64,000 bases of DNA from an uncultured Chloroflexia bacterium (GTDB lineage: Bacteria > Chloroflexota > Limnocylindria > Limnocylindrales > CSP1-4): NCBI GenBank assembly GCA_963703575.1, contig CAVPEU010000016.1, positions 3,292 to 67,291 of the forward strand, read 5' to 3'. A program made the position numbers and the translations under genes. A model generated the notes under the pieces. That model saw nothing but the letters and a program-made list of their open reading frames with translations. It had not been told where the DNA came from and made no database searches. The stretch's first letter is position 1; each line of letters begins with the position of its first letter. Positions 9,216-17,901 of the stretch are shown piece after piece.

Positions 9216-12167
9216 CTACCAGCCCCCGGTGAGGGTCCGGTCCAGCGCCGCCACCACCACGTCCGCGCTGTCTCGCGTGAAGCACAGGGGCGGCTTCACC
9301 TTGAGCACGTTGTTGCCGTCGCCGGTGGGCTGGATGACCACGCCCAGCTCGCGCATCCGCTCGCAGATCGCGAGCGCCTCGTCGGTGGCGGGCTCCAGGG
9401 TCTCCGCGTCCCGCACCAGCTCCACGCCCAGGTACAGGCCCATCCCGTGGACGGCTCCGACGATCGGGTGCCGCGTCGCGACCGCCTCCAGCCCGGCCTT
9501 CAGGTACGTCCCGACATCCCGCGCGTTCGCCTGGAGCCCCTCGCGGTCGATCGTCTCGAGCACCGCCAGCCCCGCCGCGCAGGCGACGGGCGAGCCACCG
9601 ACCGACGAGAAGAACGAGCCCTCGGCACGGAACGCGTCCGCGATCGCGCGGGTCGTGATCACCGCACCGACCGCCATCCCGTTGCCCGCCGCCTTGGCCA
9701 CGGTGACGATGTCCGGGACCACGCCCTGCTGCTCGAACGCCCACTGGAACCGGCCCAGCCGGGCGTAGCCGGTCTGCACCTCGTCGCCGATGCACACCCC
9801 GCCGGCGGCCCGCACCGCCGCGTACGCCTCCGCGAGGTACCCGTCCGGGAGCACGACTCCGCCGGCGTTGCCGTACAGCGGCTCCGCGATGAACGCCGCG
9901 GGCGGGCGCCCATCCGAGGCCAGGGCGGCCAGCGTCGCGCGCACGTCGTCCGCGTACCGCGTCCCGGAGCCGGGTCCGCGATACCGGCCACGGTACGGGT
10001 TCGGGGCCTCGACCGGGTGCACCCAGCCGGGCCGCGTGGCGAGCGCCCGGGGGTTGTCGAGGAGCGACGTCGTGATCGCGTCCGTCGCGCCGGTCCAGCC
10101 GTGGTAGGCGCCGCGGACGGCGAGGACGTCCTCGCGACCCGTGACGACGCGCGCCAGCCGCAGGGCCAGCTCGTTGGCCTCGCTGCCGGTGTTGACCAGG
10201 AACACGGTGTCGAGCGGCGGCGGGAAGCGGGCCACCAGGGCCTCCGCGAACTCGACCATCACGGCGTACAGGAACCGGGAGTTGGTGTTGAGGCGCCGGA
10301 GCTGGCGGGCCACGGCCGCCTCCACGGCCGGGTGGCTGTGCCCCAGCACCGCGACGTTGTTGACGACGTCCACGTAGGCGCGCCCCCGGGTGTCCACCAG
10401 GTGATGGCGCCAGCCCCGCTCGATGTGCGGAGGGGCATCGAAGTAGTGGACCTGGACGCCGGCCAGCACGCGGGCCCGGCGGGCGAGGAGGTCCGCGGCG
10501 TCATCGGGCGGGGCGGCGGCGAGGCCCGGCGGCAGGCCGATGATGGCCGACGGGTCCGGGCACAGCGCAAGCCACGCGTCGGCGAGGGACGGGACCACGC
10601 GGCGAGGGACATCCACGCCGACGCCCGGCTCCAGGACCGCCTGGACGTGGACGTGCGGCGGGAGGCCGTCCGGCCCGGTCGCCGCCACCCGGCCGACGAC
10701 GTCGCCCGCCGTCACCGCGTCGCCGAATTCGGTGACCACCGCCACCCCATCGAGCACGAGGTCGAACGTGCCCGCCTCGATGATGAGCCCGTCGCCGCGG
10801 AGCCGGACGCGCCCGCCGACCGGGGCGTGAACGGGCGTGCCGGCCGCCGCGAACAGGTCGATCCCCAGGTGGACGGTCCCGGTCTCGTCGTGGCCGTCGA
10901 GCCGGACGTCCACCAGGCGCGCCTCGCCCCAGCGCCCGACGGCACCCCTGCCTGTGATGAGGCTCGCCGCATCGGCCGGACGGCCGGTCGCCGCGCCCGG
11001 GAGGGCGTCGCTGGTCGTGGACAGGTCCACCACCCGGGGGTCGAACCGGGGGTCGAACCGGGGGTCGAGGACCGGGGCTGTCGCCAGCCCGGCCCACGAC
11101 TGCCTCACCGTCGGCCCCGGGCCGGCCGCCGCACGGAGCGCCTCCCTCGCCAGGGCGAAGGGCACTGCCAGCACCGCCTCCAGGGCGGCCCACTCGTCGT
11201 CCCGGGAGGCGGCCACGTACGCGTTGTCCGGCTCCAACGACGCCTGCTGGTCACCGCTCACCGCCACGGCCGCCGCGCGCGCCACCACCATCGGCCAGAT
11301 CGCCGCCAGCTCCGGCTCCGTGAGCGGCAGCCGCGCCAGGAAGCCGCGCGCGATCTCGACGCCCAGCTGGAGGGGCCGGGCCGGGTCGTGGAACGCGTCC
11401 GCGGCGATCGTCACCGCGAGCTCCGCCGCCAGCCACGACCGCGACACGTCCCCGAAGTCGATGAGCCCGACCGGCATCGGGCGGCCCGCCCGGTCCCGGA
11501 CGGCGACGGTGTTGAGGTCCGTCACGTCCGCGTGGATGACCTGGATGCGGAGGTCCGGCTCCAGCGGGGCCAGCGCGGCCGCGGCACGCGCCATCGCCGA
11601 CTCCGCCCGCGCCCGGCGCGCCGGCGTGGAGGCGAACGGGGCCAGCGCCTCGACCACGCCCGCGGCCTGGCGCACATCCCACTGCAGCGCCCGATCGAGG
11701 CCCGGGTGATCGAACCCGCGCAGCGCCAGGGCGATCCCGGCGGCCATCGCCCCGTGCGCCCGGAGCACCGCGGGCGCGAGGTAGCCGGCCCCGTCCATCG
11801 GCTCGCCGTCGATGTAGCTGACCAGCCTGAGGTCATGCGCCGCGCCGGACGCCGTCGCCATCCGCACGATGTCCGCGCCGCCGAGCCCGGGCTGCGGCAC
11901 CGGGATCGCGAACGGCAGCCCGGCAGCCAGCGCGTGACGCATCGCGGCGTTCTCGGCCTCCAGCTCCCGGCGCGAGATCCCCGTCCGCGCGACCTTGAGC
12001 ACGAACCGCCCATCATCCGCCTCGACCAGGACGTTGCGGTCCTGGTGGCTGCCCAGCTCCCGCAGGCGGCCGGTTCGCCCGAACGCCGCCTCGAGCAGGC
12101 GGGACGCCTCCTCGATGCCCACGTCGGGGCGGCGGTGCTCGTGGCCCAGGAACGGGTTGTCGATCAT
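9216..12167 (-). CDS. Fusion: APH-type phosphotransferase + M23-like domain + class III PLP aminotransferase/phospho-lyase
   Basis: IHADVTDLN and LIDFGD (kinase); HLGIDLF..GTPVHAP..PHVHVQ (M23-like); DEVQTGYAR and TVAKAAGNG (class III). True start ATG 12167; the upstream part of the tracked ORF is antisense to res. Confidence 0.88.
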   Translation of the reverse strand: MIDNPFLGHEHRRPDVGIEEASRLLEAAFGRTGRLRELGSHQDRNVLVEADDGRFVLKVARTGISRRELEAENAAMRHALAAGLPFAIPVPQPGLGGADIVRMATASGAAHDLRLVSYIDGEPMDGAGYLAPAVLRAHGAMAAGIALALRGFDHPGLDRALQWDVRQAAGVVEALAPFASTPARRARAESAMARAAAALAPLEPDLRIQVIHADVTDLNTVAVRDRAGRPMPVGLIDFGDVSRSWLAAELAVTIAADAFHDPARPLQLGVEIARGFLARLPLTEPELAAIWPMVVARAAAVAVSGDQQASLEPDNAYVAASRDDEWAALEAVLAVPFALAREALRAAAGPGPTVRQSWAGLATAPVLDPRFDPRFDPRVVDLSTTSDALPGAATGRPADAASLITGRGAVGRWGEARLVDVRLDGHDETGTVHLGIDLFAAAGTPVHAPVGGRVRLRGDGLIIEAGTFDLVLDGVAVVTEFGDAVTAGDVVGRVAATGPDGLPPHVHVQAVLEPGVGVDVPRRVVPSLADAWLALCPDPSAIIGLPPGLAAAPPDDAADLLARRARVLAGVQVHYFDAPPHIERGWRHHLVDTRGRAYVDVVNNVAVLGHSHPAVEAAVARQLRRLNTNSRFLYAVMVEFAEALVARFPPPLDTVFLVNTGSEANELALRLARVVTGREDVLAVRGAYHGWTGATDAITTSLLDNPRALATRPGWVHPVEAPNPYRGRYRGPGSGTRYADDVRATLAALASDGRPPAAFIAEPLYGNAGGVVLPDGYLAEAYAAVRAAGGVCIGDEVQTGYARLGRFQWAFEQQGVVPDIVTVAKAAGNGMAVGAVITTRAIADAFRAEGSFFSSVGGSPVACAAGLAVLETIDREGLQANARDVGTYLKAGLEAVATRHPIVGAVHGMGLYLGVELVRDAETLEPATDEALAICERMRELGVVIQPTGDGNNVLKVKPPLCFTRDSADVVVAALDRTLTGGW

Positions 12168-12206
12168 CACGATCCATGGTCGCAGACCTGTTACCGTCCG
12201 TGATCG

Positions 12207-14855
12207 ATGGAGCTGCACGAGGCCCTTGCCGCCCGCGTCCGCGAGTGGCGAGACGCCGGCTACCCCCACGACCGCTACCCGGCGATCGCCGAGATCCTCG
12301 GCTTCGCGATCGACGGCGACGGCCCCCAGGCGCCTCTCCGCTACCTGCGGGCGGCCCAGCTCCGCGCCCTGGAGACGTACTGGTACCTCCGGCTGGTCGC
12401 GCACACGCCCCGGATCGAGGCGCTGTACCGCGACCTGTTCCCCGACACCAGTGACCGGCTGGCGGCACTCGGCCTTGGCGCGCCGGTCCTCAAGGACATC
12501 GCCCTCAACATCGGTTACGAGGGGCTGCTGGAGCGGATCCGGACGGACGACGCGCTGGTGCACGCGCACCGCCTCGAGGCCCAGCGGGAGACCCTGACCC
12601 TCGACTATCCGTCCTGGATCCTCGCCCTCGCCATGGGCGCCGGCAAGACCGTCCTCATCGGCGCCATCGTGGCGACCGAGTTCGCGATGGCCCTCGAGTA
12701 CCCCGACGCCGACGACGACGACGCGCCGTTCATCGAGAACGCCCTCGTCTTCGCCCCGGGCACGACGATCATCGAGAGCCTCCGGGAGCTGGCGGGGATC
12801 CCCTACGACCGGATCCTGCCGACGCGCTTCCACGACCGGTTCGCCGCCTCGGTCAAGATCACCTTCACCCGCGATGGTGAGCGCGACATCCCGGTCGTCC
12901 GCGGCAGCCGCTTCAATCTCGTGGTCACGAATACGGAGAAGATCCGGATCCAGTCGTCGACGCGCCGTGCGGGCAACGGCCTCGGCCAGCTCCGCTTCGC
13001 GCACCTCGACGAGACACGGCACGAGGCGGCGGAGGCGGTCGCGAACCTGCGGCTCCAGGCGGTCGCGTCGCTCCCCCACCTCGGCGTGTTCAGCGACGAG
13101 GCGCATCACACCTACGGCCGGTCCCTGGGCACGGAGCTCAAGCGCGTCCGCCAGACGGTGGACTACCTGTCGGCGGCCACCAACGTCATCGCCGTCGTGA
13201 ACACCACGGGCACCCCCTACTTCGAGCGCCAGCCGCTGCGCGATGTCGTGGTCTGGTACGGGCTGGCGCAGGGGATCGCGGACGGCATCCTCAAGGAAGT
13301 CGCCGGCAACATCCGCGCCCTGTCCTTCGAGCCCGAGCACGCGGACGAGTTCGTCGCGTACGTCGTCGACGACTTCTTCGCGACCTACCGTGACCACCGG
13401 CTGGCGGACGGCGCCCCGGCGCGGCTGGCGATCTACTTCCCGCAGGTTGACGACCTGGACGAGCTGGCCCCGCACGTGGAGCTGGCCGTGGCCCGCGCCG
13501 GCCTCGCCCCGACCGTCGTGCTCCGCAACACCAGCCAGTCCAGCCGGGCGGAGATCGACGCGTTCAACCGGCTGAATGACCCGGACAGCCCCCATCGCGT
13601 GATCCTGCTGGTGAACAAGGGCACGGAGGGCTGGAACTGTCCCAGCCTGTTCGCCACGGCGCTTGCCCGCAAGCTCCGGACCAGCCAGAACTTCGTGCTG
13701 CAGGCCGCCAGCCGCTGCCTGCGCCAGGTTCCCGGCAATGACCTGCCGGCCCGGATCTACCTGTCGGAGACGAACCGCGCCGCGCTGGACACCCAGCTCC
13801 GGGAGACCTTCGGCGAGACGCTCGAAGGGCTGGACCGCAGCCGACGCGTCAGCCAGCCGGCGGTCATCCGCCTGCGCAAGACGAACCTGCCCGCGATGCG
13901 CGTCCGGGTCCCGCGGCGGGTGCTGGCCCGTGCAGCCGCAATTCCGGGCAGCGGCGCAGCGTCGGCCGGCCCTCTCGCCTTCGAGCGCCCTGGTGACGAC
14001 GCCGCCACCGAGCTCCGCGTCTCATCGTTCGACATCGGCCTCGGGGCCGCGACGCGCCGGGTCCTCCGGCAGGTCGGCGACACCATCGCCATCGACACCG
14101 CCACGGACACCCTGGACACCCGGACCGCGGCGGCGACCCTCGCCGCCACCTACCGCGTCCCGTCCTGGCCGGTCCTGGACGCACTCCGCGCCGCCTACCC
14201 CGACGACGACATCCCCATCGGGCACCTGGACGCCCTCGCCGGCCAGCTCGAGACCTCCCTGGGCTCGTACGTCGAGTCGGTCGAGGATGAGGAGCGCGAC
14301 CTCCGGATCGTCAAGCCGGACGGCTTCGACCTCGTGACGGTCGGCGGCGCACCCGTCCGCCAGGCGGACATCAGCTACCCGGCGGATCGGGCCGGGCTCG
14401 TCTGGCCGGTGGATCGCGTCTCGGACAACGCCGGCGACTACGGCTTCCACTACACGCCGTACAACTTCGACTCCACCCCGGAGGCCGACTTCTACGACCG
14501 CATCCTGCGCCAGCTCAACCTCGATCCGACCGATGTCCAGGACGTCTACTTCACCGGTGCCATCACGGACCCCAACAAGACGGACCTCTCGTTCGCCTAC
14601 CGGCGGGACGGACGCGAGCACCGCTACACCCCGGACTTCGTGGTCCACGCCCGCGGCGACCGGTGGCTGCTGGTGGAGATCAAGATGACCGCCCGCCGCG
14701 ACGATCCGGTGGAGGGCCGCGACGGCGTCAAGGCGCAGCGGATGCGGGACCTGGAGGCCCGAAACGAGGGCCGCGTGGTCTACCGGATCGTGTTCGCGGA
14801 CGCCGTGGTGGCGGCCAACGACGTGGAGGCGGTGCGCACGTTCCTGGCCGGGTGA
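12207..14855 (+). CDS. res: Type III restriction enzyme Res subunit (SF2 helicase + PD-(D/E)XK nuclease)
   Basis: MGAGKT, SDEAHH, TTGTP, EGWN, QAASRCLR; C-terminal YTPDFVV..VEIK; cognate Mod lies downstream. Confidence 0.85.
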   Translation: MELHEALAARVREWRDAGYPHDRYPAIAEILGFAIDGDGPQAPLRYLRAAQLRALETYWYLRLVAHTPRIEALYRDLFPDTSDRLAALGLGAPVLKDIALNIGYEGLLERIRTDDALVHAHRLEAQRETLTLDYPSWILALAMGAGKTVLIGAIVATEFAMALEYPDADDDDAPFIENALVFAPGTTIIESLRELAGIPYDRILPTRFHDRFAASVKITFTRDGERDIPVVRGSRFNLVVTNTEKIRIQSSTRRAGNGLGQLRFAHLDETRHEAAEAVANLRLQAVASLPHLGVFSDEAHHTYGRSLGTELKRVRQTVDYLSAATNVIAVVNTTGTPYFERQPLRDVVVWYGLAQGIADGILKEVAGNIRALSFEPEHADEFVAYVVDDFFATYRDHRLADGAPARLAIYFPQVDDLDELAPHVELAVARAGLAPTVVLRNTSQSSRAEIDAFNRLNDPDSPHRVILLVNKGTEGWNCPSLFATALARKLRTSQNFVLQAASRCLRQVPGNDLPARIYLSETNRAALDTQLRETFGETLEGLDRSRRVSQPAVIRLRKTNLPAMRVRVPRRVLARAAAIPGSGAASAGPLAFERPGDDAATELRVSSFDIGLGAATRRVLRQVGDTIAIDTATDTLDTRTAAATLAATYRVPSWPVLDALRAAYPDDDIPIGHLDALAGQLETSLGSYVESVEDEERDLRIVKPDGFDLVTVGGAPVRQADISYPADRAGLVWPVDRVSDNAGDYGFHYTPYNFDSTPEADFYDRILRQLNLDPTDVQDVYFTGAITDPNKTDLSFAYRRDGREHRYTPDFVVHARGDRWLLVEIKMTARRDDPVEGRDGVKAQRMRDLEARNEGRVVYRIVFADAVVAANDVEAVRTFLAG

Positions 14856-14879
14856 GCGACGACCAGTTGACGGCTAATC

Positions 14880-14922
14880 TTGACAAACGTAGCCGTACGG
14901 GCGATGGTTACGGCTAAGTTTG
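14880..14922 (+). promoter_or_regulatory. -35 box overlapped by a 14-bp inverted repeat (putative fic operator)
   Basis: TTGACA at 14880-14885; CAAACGTAGCCGTA (14884-14897) / TACGGCTAAGTTTG (14909-14922). Confidence 0.6.
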
Positions 14923-14946
14923 CCCTTGTTAGTCGTGGATTTTCCG

Positions 14947-16278
14947 ATGCGTCTCCCTGATCACGCCCCTTCGCTCCAGGACATGCTCAGCCGGCCAGGG
15001 CTGACGGACAGCCTTCCGCGCGTGTTGTCCACCGTGACCAGCCCGCTGATCGGTGGCCGGTATCTGCACTGGGATGATGTCCGCCGGCGCACGCCCCCTG
15101 AGGGACTGACCAGCGAGCAGTGGTGGCTCGGCATCCTCTTCGCTCGCCAGCCCGCTGCGCGCACCTTTCCGCTCCGATCGCCGGACGGCACGCGGTTCCA
15201 CTACACCCTGCCGGATCCAGTCCTGGAGCTCCTCCACTTGATCGACCAGCACGCCTCGGGCGAGGTGATGGTGTCCGAGACCATCCGCGATGCAGGCGAT
15301 CGACGGCGCTACCTCGTCAACTCACTGATCGAGGAGGCCATCACCTCCAGCCAGCTCGAGGGGGCCAGCGCCACGCGCCGGGTCGCCAAGGACATGATCC
15401 GGTCCGGCCGGCCACCGCGGGATCGCGCGGAGCGGATGATCCTGAACAACTACCAGGCGATGAACGAGCTGCGGGGCCTGGCGACGGAGCCGTTGACGCC
15501 CGACGTGGTGTTCCGGCTGCACCGGACCCTGACCGAAGGGACACTGGACAACCCGGACGCCGCCGGACGCCTGCAGCGACCCGACGAGGAACGCGTGCGG
15601 GTCGAGTGGTCGGACGGGACGGTGACCCACGTTCCTCCGCCCGCAGAGGAGCTTCCCGCGCGACTTGCAGCCATGTGCGAGTACGCGAACGGCGGGGGCG
15701 CCGGGTTCACGCATCCCGTGGTCCGGGCGGTCCTCCTCCACTTCTGGCCGGCCTACGACCACCCGTTCGAGGACGGCAACGGGCGCACGGCGAGAGCCCT
15801 CTTCTATCGAGAGATGCTGGCCAACGGCTACTGGCTGTTCGAGTACGTCTCGATCTCGCGCCTCCTGCTCAGGGCGCCGGCGAAGTACGGCGAGGCGTAC
15901 CTCCACACGGAGACGGACAACGCTGATGCCACCTACTTCCTCCTGTACCAGCTGGGAATCTTCAGGCGCGCGATCGAGGATCTCCTCGCCTACCTGGTGA
16001 AGAAGATGGCCGAGGTCCGCGAGACCGAGGGCCTCTTGCGACGAACCGATCTCAACCACCGGCAGATCGCCTTGCTGACGCACGCTCTCCGGCATGGCGA
16101 TGCCGCCTACACCGTCCACTCGCATTCAGAGAGCCATCGGGTCACGCGCCAGTCCGCGAGGACGGACCTTGCCGATCTCGAGCGCCGCGGGTTCCTGGAG
16201 CGGCGCGTCATCGGCAGGCGCTTCGAGTACTTCGCGGCCCGGGATTTCCGCCTGCGGCTGCAGGCAGCGTCAGGCTGA
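14947..16278 (+). CDS. Fic family protein with C-terminal winged helix
   Basis: HPFEDGNGRTAR Fic motif; N-terminal SSQLEG inhibitory motif; C-terminal TRQSARTDLADLERRGFL. Confidence 0.92.
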   Translation: MRLPDHAPSLQDMLSRPGLTDSLPRVLSTVTSPLIGGRYLHWDDVRRRTPPEGLTSEQWWLGILFARQPAARTFPLRSPDGTRFHYTLPDPVLELLHLIDQHASGEVMVSETIRDAGDRRRYLVNSLIEEAITSSQLEGASATRRVAKDMIRSGRPPRDRAERMILNNYQAMNELRGLATEPLTPDVVFRLHRTLTEGTLDNPDAAGRLQRPDEERVRVEWSDGTVTHVPPPAEELPARLAAMCEYANGGGAGFTHPVVRAVLLHFWPAYDHPFEDGNGRTARALFYREMLANGYWLFEYVSISRLLLRAPAKYGEAYLHTETDNADATYFLLYQLGIFRRAIEDLLAYLVKKMAEVRETEGLLRRTDLNHRQIALLTHALRHGDAAYTVHSHSESHRVTRQSARTDLADLERRGFLERRVIGRRFEYFAARDFRLRLQAASG

Positions 16279-16295
16279 CTCGCAGGATCTTGCGA

Positions 16296-17511
16296 TCAGG
16301 ATCCTGCGAGCCGCGTGATGGACGCCAGGGCGACGCCGCGAATCCGCTCGTCGAGCGATGGGAAGGCCGCGTCGGCGCTCGGGATCCCCTCACCAAGCAT
16401 CGCGTCGAGGACCCTGCCGACGGTCGCGGCTGCGGCCCGTTCGGGCACACCCCAGGACCTGGCTTCCCGAACCAGATGATCGCGCGTGCAGTCCGCGATC
16501 ACGAACTTGCCGGCCACGGGCAGGGCGAAATGGCGTTGATCGATGAACGCCATGGTCGGCGCAACGTCGTAGATCGGCGTCAGCCAGACCGCTCTGCTCC
16601 GCTCGTGGACCACAGAGTGATTCTTGGCGTTCGCATCTGTGTTGCCCATCGCGAGGTTGACGGTCGTCTGCTCCAGGAGTCGAAGCAGCTCCTCCCGGGG
16701 TTCGGAGGTGCGCCGCTTGAGCGCCGCGGCGATCCGGGCGTAGCTTGGCAGCCGCGGGTTCACTGGATGCGACGCGTACTTGATCTCCGGCGCCAGTCCG
16801 AGGAATTCCCTGGCAGAAGTCCTCCTGGTGGATCCGCGTCACCGTGCCATCAGGCGCAAGCTCTCGGTCGAAGCGTGTCACGGAGAGCACCGGGGCCTGT
16901 CCATCCGCAACGATGATGTCGGCCTGCGCGGCGTGCGTCGCCGCGGAAGCCACCTTCAGGGACCACGCCTCGACCACGGCCAGACCCGGGTGGTGCGCGG
17001 GCTCGGGCTTGAGGATGTGCGTGCTCGGGGCGCCGTCGATCGGCATCTCCCATCCGTCGAGTCGCCTGGCCAGCAGGAGCTTGTTCTGACCCCCGCCGAG
17101 TGACATCCGCACAGCCGCGTCGCGGTCGTACGGGCGCGCCGGAAGCTCCGCCATTCGGAGCCAGAAGTCATCGTCCGAAAGCGGCTCATAGCTGCCCGAG
17201 AGCGGCGTTCGGCCGGGCGGGAGGACGGCGACGGCGCCGGCGCATTCCCAGCCGATCTGCTCCAGCAGACCCCAGGTATCGTCCGATCGCAACCCGAATC
17301 GGGCGGCGATCCGGGCGCGCGGTTCCTCCTCCGGGAGAACGTTCTCGAACCAGGCCCGCGTGAACTCGGGCGCCCAGGGCGTCCCATCGTCGGGCGTCCC
17401 AACCGACAGCCCGATCCCGGCTCGGCTTGGCCGGAACACGGCCGACCGCCGCCCAGTCGTCGCCAGCTCACCGACGATCTCGGACCCGAGCCAGACGATG
17501 AGCTCAGCCAC
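16296..17511 (-). pseudogene. hipA: HipA-family kinase toxin, frameshifted near 16805
   Basis: WFENVLPE, MSLGGGQNK, THILKP, RFDR..RIHQEDFCQ, then frame change to LGLAPEIKY..GNTDANAKNHS..LTPIYD. Confidence 0.85.
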
Positions 17512-17752
17512 GCTTCTGGGTCTCTGGATCGACGTCGATCCGCGTGGCCTTGGGGACGATGACGATCTTGGATCCCAGCATGGAGACGGCACGCATCGCG
17601 ATCGTGATCGCAACTGGCTGGCCGTGCTCCAACCGGCCGATGGTCACCGGGTTGACGCCGACCCATTCAGCAAGCTCAACCTGGGTCCAGCCGCGACGCT
17701 TGCGAAGGCGTCGGATCGCCAATCCGAGGTCCGTGATGTCGTAGGCCTCCAT
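17504..17752 (-). CDS. hipB: HipB-like XRE helix-turn-helix antitoxin
   Basis: IRRLRKRRGWTQVELAEWVGV..TIGRLEHG; overlaps the hipA start. Confidence 0.85.
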   Translation of the reverse strand: MEAYDITDLGLAIRRLRKRRGWTQVELAEWVGVNPVTIGRLEHGQPVAITIAMRAVSMLGSKIVIVPKATRIDVDPETQKRG

Positions 17753-17758
17753 CGGCTG

Positions 17759-17854
17759 ATCTCGCTTCTGGTCAAGATTCCTGGCTGGATGCTCGAATCT
17801 GACTCACGTGCAAGATTGGCCCACATCACCCGGAATGTCAACGATAAGTGAGAT
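17759..17854 (-). promoter_or_regulatory. Putative hipBA promoter with imperfect 23-bp inverted repeat operator
   Basis: Minus strand TTGACA (17841-17836)-N17-CAATCT; arms at 17759-17781 and 17832-17854 match 17/23. Confidence 0.5.
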
Positions 17855-17901
17855 TTGCAGCCGGCGACGTGTCAACGGCCTCAGAAGGCGGCACACTCGA
17901 C

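Noticed and set aside
9447-12203. Long antisense/alternate-frame ORFs (also 41062-43239, 45566-48538, 34830-37232, 1735-4038)
   Set aside because: Expected in very high-GC DNA; they overlap motif-bearing genes and are Arg/Gly/Pro-rich without domains.
12168-13595. N-terminal 476 aa of the tracked 1459-aa ORF
   Set aside because: Antisense shadow of res; recognisable domains begin at ATG 12167.
14600-14855. TnsA transposase implying a Tn7 element
   Set aside because: The YTPDF..VEIK motif is the nuclease domain of Res; no TnsB or TnsC is present.
16800-16815. Programmed frameshift in hipA
   Set aside because: No slippery heptamer, and many neighbouring genes carry similar indels, which favours decay or error.
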